NCBI GenBank assembly: GCA_038254195.1
Contig: JBBSGJ010000001.1
Span: 1 to 45,556 of the forward strand
Length of the DNA stretch: 45,556 nucleotides
Reading direction: 5' to 3'
DNA from: Solirubrobacterales bacterium
Lineage (GTDB): Bacteria > Actinomycetota > Thermoleophilia > Solirubrobacterales > Solirubrobacteraceae
Shown in pieces: positions 9,624-18,062 of this stretch. The notes beneath the pieces are model-generated. The model was not told the DNA's origin. It was given only the letters and a program-made list of their open reading frames with translations, and did no database searches. The stretch's first letter is position 1; each line of letters starts with the position of its first letter. The position numbers and the translations under genes are program-made.

Positions 9624-10789
9624 GCCGTCGCGAGGCGATCCGCCTCGTCGCCGCGCGGGAGCTCAACGTGCGGCTGCGCTCGCGCGCGTTCCTCGTGAGC
9701 ACCGCGATCACCGCGGCGGTGCTCGTGGCCCTCGCCCTGCTCTCGGGCGGCAAGAGCGACACGAAGACGTGGAAGGTCGCCGGCGTCGGGCCCGAGGCGC
9801 ACGCCGCGGTCGCGGCCGCGGGGGAGGTGGCCCCGGCGTTCAAGGGACGGATGCGCTCCCGCCCGGCGGGCGGCGACGGCGGTGCCCGCCGCGGGGTCCT
9901 CGCGGGTCAGCTCGACGCTGCGGTGCTCTCCTCGGGGGCGATCGCCGTCAAGGACGACCGCTCCTCCGACCTCGTCCGGGTGCTCCAGGCCGGCTCGGCG
10001 CGCGCCCGCGGGGTCGCCGTGCTCAAGCGGGCCGGCATCCCGGAGGCCCAGCGCACCCGGCTCCTCGCCCCGCCCCCGCTCAGGGTCGCCGCGCTCGACG
10101 ACCGGCCGCGCTCCCGGGGCGACGCGGCCGTCGCCCTCGCCGGGGCGCTCGTGCTCTATCTCGCGCTGCTGAGCTACGGCATCGCCGTGGCCCACGGGGT
10201 GGTGGAGGAGAAGAGCTCGCGGGTGATCGAGATCGTGGTCTCCACGATCCGCTCGAGCGATCTCCTGGCCGGCAAGGTGCTCGGGGTCGGCCTGGCCGGG
10301 CTGCTCCAGCTCCTGGTGGTCGGCGGCGTGGGGGTGGCGGTCGGGGTGGGGACGGGGGCGCTCGCGGTGCCCCGCGGGACCGCTGGTGCGCTGGCGCTCG
10401 TGGTCGTGGAGTTCCTGCTCGGCTACGCGCTCTACTCCGCGCTCTTCGCGGCCTGCGCCGCGGTCGTCTCGCGCTCGGAGGACCTCCAATCGGTCACCGC
10501 GCCGGTCACCATCGTGCTCGTGGCGGGCTACATCGCCTCGAACTCCGCGCTCCAGGACCCGGGCAGCGGCGTGGCCAAGGTCTTGAGCATCCTGCCGTTC
10601 ACGTCGCCGATCGTCCTTCCCGGCCGCGTGGCGCTGCACGTCGCCACCACCGCCGAGGTGGCGCTCTCGCTCGCGCTCTCGGTCGCCGCCATCCCCCTCG
10701 CGATCGCCTTCGCCGGTCGCCTCTACCGCGGCGCCGTGCTCTTCACGGGCGCCCGCGTGCCCTTCCGGGCCGCCTGGCGCGGCGGGTGA
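9620..10789 (+). CDS. ABC-2 family transporter permease
   Basis: ATGA overlap with the ATPase gene at 9620-9623. It has one N-terminal TM helix, a roughly 150-aa extracytoplasmic-looking segment, then several hydrophobic helices (VLYLALLSYGIAVAHGVVEEKSSRVIEIVVST...). Confidence 0.8.
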   Translation: MSRREAIRLVAARELNVRLRSRAFLVSTAITAAVLVALALLSGGKSDTKTWKVAGVGPEAHAAVAAAGEVAPAFKGRMRSRPAGGDGGARRGVLAGQLDAAVLSSGAIAVKDDRSSDLVRVLQAGSARARGVAVLKRAGIPEAQRTRLLAPPPLRVAALDDRPRSRGDAAVALAGALVLYLALLSYGIAVAHGVVEEKSSRVIEIVVSTIRSSDLLAGKVLGVGLAGLLQLLVVGGVGVAVGVGTGALAVPRGTAGALALVVVEFLLGYALYSALFAACAAVVSRSEDLQSVTAPVTIVLVAGYIASNSALQDPGSGVAKVLSILPFTSPIVLPGRVALHVATTAEVALSLALSVAAIPLAIAFAGRLYRGAVLFTGARVPFRAAWRGG

Positions 10790-10918
10790 ACGCGCTCTCG
10801 CGCACCGGAATGGAGTAGACCTACCAGGATCTCCTTCCGCCGCCTCGCCCGCGACACGCTCCACGGGTTCACCGAGCACGACCTGCTGACGTTCGCGAGC
10901 GCGATCGCCTTCCAGGTC

Positions 10919-11719
10919 ATGACGGCGATCGTGCCGCTCGTCCTGTCCGTCCTGGCGCTGCTCGGCTTCCTGGACCTCAGTGGCGCGTGGTCGGACGACC
11001 TGGCCCCGCAGCTGCACTCTCACGTCTCGGGCGAGGTCTACTCGGTGGTGGACTCCTTCGTGCGCACCGCGCTGGGCTCCAAGCAGCTCTTCTGGCTCAC
11101 CGCCGGCGGGGTGCTCTGCGTGTGGGAGGTCTCGGGGGCGATCCGGGCGATCATGAGCGCGCTCTCGCGCGTCTACGGCGACCAGGATTCGCGCACGCGA
11201 CTGCGGCGCTACCTCATCTCCTTCGCGCTCGCGCAGGCGGCGATCGTCCTCGTGATCGGCGCGCTCGCCGTGATGCGCTTCTCGACCGACGTCTTCCCCG
11301 GTGCCCTGATCTCCGTCCTGCGCTGGCCGGTCGGGGTCGCCCTCCTGCTCTCCCTGGTGTGGCTGCTGCTGCGTTACGCCCCGGTCGAGTCCCACGCCGC
11401 GCACCTGGTCTCGTTCGGCTCGGGCCTGTGCGTCGTGGTCTGGCTCGTGACGTCGTCGGTCTACGGCCTCTACGTGAGCTACGTCGCCGACTACGGCTCG
11501 GTCTTCTCCTCGCTGGCCGCGGTCTTCCTGCTGCTCACCTACCTCTACCTCTCGGCCTGCGCGTTCCTGGCCGGCGCCCAGGTCGACGCGCTCATCCGCC
11601 GAGCTGCCTCCGGGGCCTCCCCCCCCGCGCCTGGCCCGCCGCCGCCCATCTCCGACGCTACTCGTGTGGCTCGTCGCCCGTCGCCTGGGGCGGCCGGGAC
11701 TCCTCGGCGAGCGACGTGA
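10919..11719 (+). CDS. YihY/BrkB-family inner-membrane protein. Coordinates run from the first canonical start; family-like sequence extends upstream to at least 10829.
   Basis: Track ORF 10919..11719 is multi-TM (...LFWLTAGGVLCVWEVSGAIRAIMSALSRVYG...YGSVFSSLAAVFLLLTYLYLSACAFLAGAQVDA). The same frame upstream reads ISFRRLARDTLHGFTEHDLLTFASAIAFQV, which looks like a typical YihY N-terminus, but it has no ATG, GTG or TTG. Confidence 0.8.
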   Translation: MTAIVPLVLSVLALLGFLDLSGAWSDDLAPQLHSHVSGEVYSVVDSFVRTALGSKQLFWLTAGGVLCVWEVSGAIRAIMSALSRVYGDQDSRTRLRRYLISFALAQAAIVLVIGALAVMRFSTDVFPGALISVLRWPVGVALLLSLVWLLLRYAPVESHAAHLVSFGSGLCVVVWLVTSSVYGLYVSYVADYGSVFSSLAAVFLLLTYLYLSACAFLAGAQVDALIRRAASGASPPAPGPPPPISDATRVARRPSPGAAGTPRRAT

Positions 11720-12218
11720 GGGCCAGTGCCCCGCGCGCGGCCTCCTCGAGGACGTCCGTGGCCTCCTCCTGCGAGCGCGCGTAGAGCTCGACGAGGAGGT
11801 GGACGACGATCCTGTCCTCGTCGTGCTTGTGGAAGCGCACGTGGGTGAAGAACTCGCGGGTGCCGAATTCCCCGAACGCGGCGAAGGAGAGCGCGTCCCC
11901 GGCTTCGGGCCCCGCGCAGGTCTCGACCTCGTCGGCGTCGACCGTCACCGTGCAGGAGGCGACCCAGGGCGTGCCCATGACCAGGCGCTCCCACCGGTCT
12001 CCCACGGGCTCCACGCGACCGTTGGCAAAGCCGAGGTGGGGCTGGTCGTGCATGCATTCCAGGCACTGCACGACGGCCTCCTGCACCTCGTCCACGACGT
12101 CCGCACGCTCGCCCGTCTCGGGGTCGATCCGGTGGATCCCCTCGTAGTGCACCTGCACTTCGAGGTTCTGCGACCAGCAGCGGTAGCAGCGCAGCCAGGA
12201 GCGAGTGGTGGTGGACAC
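11658..12218 (-). CDS. Hypothetical protein with an N-terminal CxxC...CxxC zinc-ribbon-like motif (186 aa)
   Basis: Track ORF 11658..12218: CYRC at residues 11-14 and CLEC about 37 residues later, followed by an acidic C-terminal region. GC3 bias is good. Its 3' end overlaps the YihY gene by 62 nt. Confidence 0.6.
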   Translation of the reverse strand: MSTTTRSWLRCYRCWSQNLEVQVHYEGIHRIDPETGERADVVDEVQEAVVQCLECMHDQPHLGFANGRVEPVGDRWERLVMGTPWVASCTVTVDADEVETCAGPEAGDALSFAAFGEFGTREFFTHVRFHKHDEDRIVVHLLVELYARSQEEATDVLEEAARGALALTSLAEESRPPQATGDEPHE

Positions 12219-12241
12219 ATCGGGGATCTTATGCTCCCTCC

Positions 12242-12808
12242 GTGGAGACGATGCGTCACGCCGTCACGGGGCGGAACGCGCTTCCCCTCGGGGTCGTGCT
12301 CGCGGGGGGGGCGGCGCGCCGGGCGGGCGGGGACAAGATGCGCGCGCTGCACCACGGGCGCCCGCTCCTGCTCTGGGCGGTGGACGCGCTGCGCGCCGCC
12401 GTGCCCGAGGTGGTCGTGCTGGCCAAGGCCGACACCCTCCTGCCCGAGCTGCCCGTGCCGGTCTGGCACGAGCCACCCGCGCCGCGTCATCCGCTCGCGG
12501 GGGTGGCCCACGCGCTCGGGCACGCCCGGGGACGCGCCGTGCTCGTCTGTGCGGGCGACGTGCCCGAGCCGCCGCCCGAGCTCCTCGCACGCCTCGCCGC
12601 CGACCGCGGTGATGCTCCCGCTGTGGTCCCCCGCCACGCGGGCGGCGCCGAACCGCTCGTCGCGCTCTACCGCCCGGTCGCACTGGCTGCCCTGCTCGCG
12701 GCCGCGGCGGGGAGCCACCCCGCCCGCCGCGCCGTCGAGGAGCTCAACCCGACGTGGGTCTCCATCGCGCCGCTGCGCAACGTGAACTACCCGAACGTGA
12801 AGGCGTAG
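12242..12808 (+). CDS. mobA: Molybdenum cofactor guanylyltransferase (MobA-like)
   Basis: LGVVLAGGAARRAGGDKMRALHHGRPLLLWAVDAL...VLVCAGDVPE...PLVALY shows the NTP_transf_3/MobA pattern. The start is GTG 12242 or ATG 12251. Confidence 0.8.
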   Translation: METMRHAVTGRNALPLGVVLAGGAARRAGGDKMRALHHGRPLLLWAVDALRAAVPEVVVLAKADTLLPELPVPVWHEPPAPRHPLAGVAHALGHARGRAVLVCAGDVPEPPPELLARLAADRGDAPAVVPRHAGGAEPLVALYRPVALAALLAAAAGSHPARRAVEELNPTWVSIAPLRNVNYPNVKA

Positions 12809-14562
12809 CCCGAGACGCCGTGCGGCAGCGCGAGCTCGAGGTCGTGACGCTCGGCGCGCGGAAGGGACACGAGCTCGTAGAGCTTCTGGGCACCGACGCG
12901 GACCTGCCGGTAGGGGCGCCCGTCGAGCAGGACGGTCACCGTGCGCCGACGGCCGCCGGCCGAGCTCATGACGAGGTACGCCTTCGCCGCCTGGATCGTC
13001 GCGCGGATGCTCGCGGTCGGGGCCGCCGGGGTGGCGGACTCGCCGGTCACCGTCCACACCCCGCCCAGGGCGAACGTCGCGAGGGGAAGGCCGTGCCGCG
13101 GGGCCCGGTAGTCGCGCGTCCCGACCTGGGGTGCCACGAGCCAGCCCCGCGCGCGGTCGGCGCCGAGGTAGGTCTCCGGCGTGGCGACCTGCGCGGCGGG
13201 CTCCTCGGCCCGGGCCGTCACGGGCGGGGGCAGCCGCTTCGCTCCCGCTCCGACGAGCAGCGCGCGGATCGCCGCCTCCTCCTCCTGGTATCCGCCCTCG
13301 CCGAAGTGCGCCCGGCGGACCTGCCCCTGCGCGTCGACGAGGTACGTGGCCGGCCAGTACTGGTTGCCCCACGCCGACCACGTCCCGTAGTCGTTGTCCT
13401 GCACGACCGGGTAGTGCAGGCCCTCGCGCCCGATCGCGCTCCGCACGTTGGACGCCGAGTGCTCGAAGGCGAACTCGGGCGTGTGGACGCCGACGATCGT
13501 CAGCCCGGCGCTGCGGTAGCGGTCGTCCAGCGCCCGGATGAACGGCAGCGTGCGCAGGCAGTTGATGCAGGTGTAGGTCCAGAAGTCCACGAGGACCACC
13601 CGCCCGTGCAGTCCGATCATGGAGAGCGGCGGCGAGTTGAACCAGCGTCCGGTCTGCGCGAACTGGGGGGCAGCGCCGATCCGGGGCAGGGAGGGGGTGC
13701 GCACGCCGCGCAGCGCGCCGCCCGGCGCGGGACGTGGCCGCAGGAGAGGCAGGAAGCCGGGCCGCGCGGCGGCGAGCTGCGCGCGCGCGGGGGTCTCCGC
13801 GAACCGCGAGGGCCCGCGCAGCGACGTGAGCTCGCGCGCGACCGACGAGGAGCGCTCCAGGCTCCGGGTGGGGTTGATCAGGGCCGTGGGCGCGTGCTCG
13901 GCCAGCGCCTGGGTGAAGCGGAGGTCCAGCCCCGTGAGCATCGCCACGGCGGTGAGCGCGAGCACGGCGCCGAGGGTGCGCTGGAGCGTGGGGCCGCGAC
14001 CCGCCCGGCGGACGCGCTCGGCGATCCGGCGCGAGCCCAGGGCGAGGGCGAGGAGTACGAGCGACGTGCCCGCCGCGTAGGCGAGAGCGACGAACAGGAG
14101 CGAGACCGACGCGCCACGGGTGGCGCTGACCGACACCACCGCCGCGAGGATCGGGCCGGCGCACGGCGCGTAGACGAACCCGAGCGCGCCGCCGAGGAGC
14201 AGGCCGCCGGTGAAGCCGTCGTCGGTGCTCGAGCGGCGCGGGGCGAGCCGGGCCAGCGGCGCGAGCACGGTCTCGACTCGCGCTCCAACGGCGGGCAGGA
14301 GCAGCGCGATCCCCGCGGCCAGCAGGACCGCGATCGCGAGCGCCCGGGCGGCCTCGCCGGCGACCCCGACGCCCTGGACGACGGAGGCGAGCGCCACCAC
14401 CGCCAGGGTGTAGGTGGCGGCCAGCCCGGCGACTACCCCGAGCGGACGCCGGCGGCCGCCGGCCGCGCCTGCCGACAGTACCGCGGGCAGGACGGGCAGC
14501 ACGCAGGGCGACAGCGCGGTGCCCGCGCCCGCGAGCACGGCGAAGAGGAGCAGGAGGACCAT
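12787..14562 (-). CDS. Cytochrome c biogenesis / thiol-disulfide interchange protein (DipZ-like: CcdA membrane domain, thioredoxin domain and a C-terminal domain)
   Basis: The N-terminal membrane domain has LSPCVLPVLP. The thioredoxin-like domain has VLVDFWTYTCINCLRTLP (CxxC). It is followed by a C-terminal beta-rich domain. Confidence 0.85.
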   Translation of the reverse strand: MVLLLLFAVLAGAGTALSPCVLPVLPAVLSAGAAGGRRRPLGVVAGLAATYTLAVVALASVVQGVGVAGEAARALAIAVLLAAGIALLLPAVGARVETVLAPLARLAPRRSSTDDGFTGGLLLGGALGFVYAPCAGPILAAVVSVSATRGASVSLLFVALAYAAGTSLVLLALALGSRRIAERVRRAGRGPTLQRTLGAVLALTAVAMLTGLDLRFTQALAEHAPTALINPTRSLERSSSVARELTSLRGPSRFAETPARAQLAAARPGFLPLLRPRPAPGGALRGVRTPSLPRIGAAPQFAQTGRWFNSPPLSMIGLHGRVVLVDFWTYTCINCLRTLPFIRALDDRYRSAGLTIVGVHTPEFAFEHSASNVRSAIGREGLHYPVVQDNDYGTWSAWGNQYWPATYLVDAQGQVRRAHFGEGGYQEEEAAIRALLVGAGAKRLPPPVTARAEEPAAQVATPETYLGADRARGWLVAPQVGTRDYRAPRHGLPLATFALGGVWTVTGESATPAAPTASIRATIQAAKAYLVMSSAGGRRRTVTVLLDGRPYRQVRVGAQKLYELVSLPRAERHDLELALPHGVSGYAFTFG

Positions 14563-14645
14563 CGGTCACGAACGTTGTCGCAGTGGGCTTGCCGGTGGAT
14601 TAACCCGGGCGGAGATGCGAGCGGGCGCTGGTTGAATGGGCAACG

Positions 14646-15650
14646 ATGCTTCCGCGCGGACTCCTCGCCCTTCTGGCCGTCCTGCTCGTCGCGGGCTGCG
14701 GCTCGGGCTCGCGCTCAGGGGCGGACACGAAGGGCGGGACGAGCACGAGCGCGCTGGCGCGCCGGCTTCCCGCCGCCGCCCGGCCGGCCCTCACCCCGCG
14801 GGCCGCCGACTTCCCGGCCCCGCGGGGTCGTTCGCTGCAGAAGCTCGCCAACTCGGTCACGCCGGCCTTCCAGGTCGGGCTGTCGGCCTCGACCTTCGTC
14901 CCCGGGGCCGCGCCCCAGCGCGTTCCCTTCGCCCTGCTCGATCAGCAGGGCCGTCCGGTGTACGGGGCGACGGCGGTCTACGTCGCCCGCGGGCCGAAGG
15001 CGCCCGCCCGGGGACCCTTCCTCGCGCCGGGTGACTCCCTCGCGGTGGCTCCCGCCTTCCGTGCGAAGACCACGGACAGCGCAGACATCAAGCTCATCTA
15101 TCGCGCCACGGTGCCCCTCCCGAAGGCCGGCCGCTACGCCCTGCTCGTGGTCACGCGCCGCGGCGGGAAGCTCCTGGGCGGCGCGACCTCGATCCCCGCC
15201 CACGCCACGAAGATCCCTGCGCGCGGGCAGAAGGCGCCGATCATCGCCACGCCCACACTCCGCTCGGCCAGGGGGAACGTCGCCTCGATCGACACCCGGC
15301 TGCCGCCGAGCGACATGCACGCGGTCTCCTTCGGAGACGTCGTCGGGCACAAGCCCGTCGCCCTGCTGTTCTCCACCCCCGCCCTGTGCCAGTCGCGCGT
15401 CTGCGGGCCCGTCACCGACGTGCTGATGGAGACCGAGCAGCGCTACCGCGGCAAGGTCGACTTCATCCACCAGGAGATCTACCGCGACAACCAGGTCTCC
15501 AAGGGGCTGCGTCCCCAGCTCGCGGCCTTCGACCTGCGGACGGAGCCGTGGCTGTTCACGGTGGACCGCCACGGGCGGATCGCGGCGCGGCTGGAGGGCG
15601 CGTTCGGGATGGCCGAGGCGGATGCGGCAGTGCGGGCGGCGCTGCGCTAG
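14646..15650 (+). CDS. Lipoprotein with a C-terminal thioredoxin-fold (TlpA/SCO-like) domain
   Basis: Signal peptide plus lipobox (LLVAGCGSG). The C-terminal region reads KPVALLFSTPALCQSRVCGPV...PWLFTVDRHGRIAARLEG. It is divergent from the DipZ-like gene. Confidence 0.7.
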   Translation: MLPRGLLALLAVLLVAGCGSGSRSGADTKGGTSTSALARRLPAAARPALTPRAADFPAPRGRSLQKLANSVTPAFQVGLSASTFVPGAAPQRVPFALLDQQGRPVYGATAVYVARGPKAPARGPFLAPGDSLAVAPAFRAKTTDSADIKLIYRATVPLPKAGRYALLVVTRRGGKLLGGATSIPAHATKIPARGQKAPIIATPTLRSARGNVASIDTRLPPSDMHAVSFGDVVGHKPVALLFSTPALCQSRVCGPVTDVLMETEQRYRGKVDFIHQEIYRDNQVSKGLRPQLAAFDLRTEPWLFTVDRHGRIAARLEGAFGMAEADAAVRAALR

Positions 15651-15761
15651 GAGTATGTGTCGCTATTCGCGACTGGGGACCCGCCTCCGGCGGCCATTAG
15701 ACCACTCGCCTTTCGCCGAGCGGTGCCCTCCGCTCTGGCACCCCTAGCTGGTGCCGGAGAC
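15651..15761. other. Structured, locally lower-GC convergent intergenic region with several short, partly mutually exclusive hairpins; possibly terminators
   Basis: Read directly: GTCGC-tattc-GCGAC (15659-15673); CCGCC-tcc-GGCGG (15681-15693); GAGCGG/CCGCTC (15718-23 / 15730-35); GGTGCC (15722-27), GGCACC (15737-42) and GGTGCC (15750-55). Confidence 0.3.
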
Positions 15762-16850
15762 TCAGTCCGTCGGCCCGCCGAGTCGGCTGGACTCGGCGGC
15801 GATCCATCCCAGCGCGGCGTCGACGATCGGAGCCGGTCGGCGGCGAGCCGAGCGCAGGCGTCCGCCGAGGCGACGCCCGGCGCCGTCGAGATCGTCGGCG
15901 TGCGTGGCGGCGGCCAGCACCGCGGCGGTCGCCGCGAGCAGCGGGACCGCGCGTAGCCGGCGGACGGCGGAGACGAGGACACGCCGCAGGCCCTCGGCGC
16001 CGGCCGCGCTGCGAACCCAGACCGCGATGAGGACGAGGAGGCCGACGCGCACGCTGCGTTCGGCGGCGCGCTGGCTGCCGATCCCGCCGACGAGCCCGAA
16101 GGCCAGGGTCGAGAGGGCCAGCGGCGCCGCCACCATCAGACCCCGCAGCAGGGAGCGGCTCCCGGCGCCGGTCGCCGCCCACGCCCCCAGGAGGACGGCC
16201 GCGACCACACCGAGGAAGCGTGGGTCGGTGCTCGTCAGCACCGCGGCGAAGCCGGCGATTCCCACCAGCACGATCACTCCGGCGTGCGATCGTGGCGTCG
16301 CGCGGTCGACGCGGTCGCCCGGCCGCTCGACCGCGACGACCTCCCCGCTCCAGCGCCGCAGGCCGCGCCGGATCGCCCACGCCTGGATGAGCCCCGCCCC
16401 GATCGACCATACGATGAGCTGGAGCAGGGTGAGCCACAGGGCGGCGGTCCGGCCCGCGGGCAGGAAGTCCAGGAACCCGCGGAGGCGCTCGTAGGTGCCG
16501 AGGTAGGCGTCGAGCCCGACGAGGACGAGGATCGAGAACGCCGCGGTCACGGTGTAGTAGAAGGTCCGGACGACTGCGCCCACCGCGGCGAGGGCGAGGT
16601 ACGGCGCCCCCCGTCGGTACAGGGTCCCGAGCAGCGGCGCGCTCGCCGCATGCGGTACGGGGATCCCCATGCGTGCGGGGCCCATGATCGCGGTGGTCTC
16701 GACGAGGCTGGCGGCGGCCGTGGCGTAGCCTGCGCGCGTGCCGTGACGCTCGGCGGCGCGCGCCAGCGGCACCCCGCCGGCCACCGCCACTGTCCACCCC
16801 AGGGGGACGGCCCGGGCGACCAGGAACGTCAGCGCGGTCACGCTGGCCAT
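15762..16850 (-). CDS. Polytopic integral membrane protein, unknown function (362 aa)
   Basis: Track ORF 15762..16850 has many hydrophobic helices (TAAFSILVLVGLDAYLG, ALWLTLLQLIVWSIGAGLIQAW, VIVLVGIAGFAAVL...) and good GC3 bias. I recognise no family. Confidence 0.6.
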   Translation of the reverse strand: MASVTALTFLVARAVPLGWTVAVAGGVPLARAAERHGTRAGYATAAASLVETTAIMGPARMGIPVPHAASAPLLGTLYRRGAPYLALAAVGAVVRTFYYTVTAAFSILVLVGLDAYLGTYERLRGFLDFLPAGRTAALWLTLLQLIVWSIGAGLIQAWAIRRGLRRWSGEVVAVERPGDRVDRATPRSHAGVIVLVGIAGFAAVLTSTDPRFLGVVAAVLLGAWAATGAGSRSLLRGLMVAAPLALSTLAFGLVGGIGSQRAAERSVRVGLLVLIAVWVRSAAGAEGLRRVLVSAVRRLRAVPLLAATAAVLAAATHADDLDGAGRRLGGRLRSARRRPAPIVDAALGWIAAESSRLGGPTD

Positions 16851-17027
16851 GCCGGCCAGCGCGCGCGACCGATCGTCCTCGCCCCCGTGCTCGCCGGCCG
16901 GGGGCGGTGGGCCCGGGGCGGTGGCCGGAGCCGGAGGTGGAGAGCCGGGGACGCGGTGGGCGGTCAGGGCTACCGACTCTACGCAGCGCGTTCCGTACTT
17001 CCGCCCGGCGCACGCGGGACTGAGCTC

Positions 17028-18035
17028 TCAGCCGCCGATCGCCGACATCGAGCGCGCGGGCTGGACGAACCCCGGGTCCCCGACGCGGTGCTTGAGCTCC
17101 TTGCGCCAGACCGCCGCCCGGACGACCTCATCGAGCTCGTCGTCGGAGGCGCCCTCCCGGAGCGGACCCCGGAGGTCGGTCTCGTTCAGGGAGAACAGGC
17201 ACGTCCGCAGGCGACCGTCCGCGGTGAGCCGGATCCGGTCGCAGTCCGAGCAGAAGGGCTCCGAGACGGGGTTCACGAACCCGATCCGGCCGCGGGCGCC
17301 GTCGGCGAAGCGCCAGGTGCGCGCGGTGGCGGAGGGCTCGCGCGCCTCGGGTTCGAGCGGCCAGCGGGCGGTGATCAGCGCGCGCAGCTCCTCGCCCGGG
17401 AGGACCTGATCGGCCGTCCACGCGTGGTCGGCGTCGAGCGGCATCCACTCGATGAAGCGGACCTCCCAGCCCGTCTCGCGCGCCCAGGCGGCGAAGGGGA
17501 GCGCCTCCTCCTCGGTGAAGCCGCGCAGCGCCACGGCGTTGACCTTGATCCGCGGCGGGCCATCCGGGCCGCGCTGCGCGGCGAGGACCTCGAGCCCGCG
17601 CAGGACCCGGGGCAGGGCGTCGCGGCGGGTCATCGCGAAGAAGCGGTCGCGCTGCAGTGAGTCGATGGAGACGTTGAAGCGCTTGACCCCGGCGGCCACC
17701 AGCGCCGCCGCGTCGCGGTCGAGCAGGTAGCCGTTCGTGGCCAGCGCGAGGTCGTCGAGCCCGGGAACGGCGTCGAGCATCGACACGAGGCGCGGGAGCT
17801 CGCGCCGGACGAGGGGCTCGCCGCCCGTGAGGCGCACCGCGGAGACGCCCATCTCGGCAAGCAGGCCGACGAGCCGGGTGATCTCCTCGAAGGTCAGGAT
17901 CTCGGAGCGCTCGAGCCACGGCAGCCCCTCGGCGGGCATGCAGTACTGGCAGCGGAAGTTGCAGCGGTCGGTGACGGAGACGCGGACGTCGCCGATGGCG
18001 CGCTCGTGGCCGTCTCGGAGCGCTTCGCGAACCAT
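17028..18035 (-). CDS. moaA: GTP 3',8-cyclase MoaA (radical SAM)
   Basis: Internal ATG 18035 of track ORF 17028..18197: MVREALRDGHERAIGDVRVSVTDRCNFRCQYCMP...LTGGEPLVRR...NVSIDSL..., with C-terminal FCSDCDRIRLTADGRLRTCLF. The track's N-terminal extension overlaps the divergent lipoprotein gene and looks non-coding. Confidence 0.9.
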   Translation of the reverse strand: MVREALRDGHERAIGDVRVSVTDRCNFRCQYCMPAEGLPWLERSEILTFEEITRLVGLLAEMGVSAVRLTGGEPLVRRELPRLVSMLDAVPGLDDLALATNGYLLDRDAAALVAAGVKRFNVSIDSLQRDRFFAMTRRDALPRVLRGLEVLAAQRGPDGPPRIKVNAVALRGFTEEEALPFAAWARETGWEVRFIEWMPLDADHAWTADQVLPGEELRALITARWPLEPEAREPSATARTWRFADGARGRIGFVNPVSEPFCSDCDRIRLTADGRLRTCLFSLNETDLRGPLREGASDDELDEVVRAAVWRKELKHRVGDPGFVQPARSMSAIGG

Positions 18036-18062
18036 GGAGCCGAGGGTACCCTGCCCCGCGTC

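Noticed and set aside
6706-14569. Long minus-strand ORFs 6706..8595, 9263..11404 and 11945..14569, and plus-strand ORF 12754..15426
   Set aside because: They are antisense or off-frame to genes with clear family motifs (YbjQ, ABC, permease, DipZ). Their translations are dominated by R/P/G/A/D/E runs with no motifs.
15651-15761. A possible tRNA or tRNA fragment, prompted by the minus-strand string GAGTGGTCTAATGG and a GTCGC-GAATA-GCGAC stem-loop
   Set aside because: I could not build a cloverleaf. The candidate acceptor stem is only 4 bp, the T-like loop is 5 nt rather than 7 nt, and I found no anticodon arm. I kept it only as an unexplained structured spacer.
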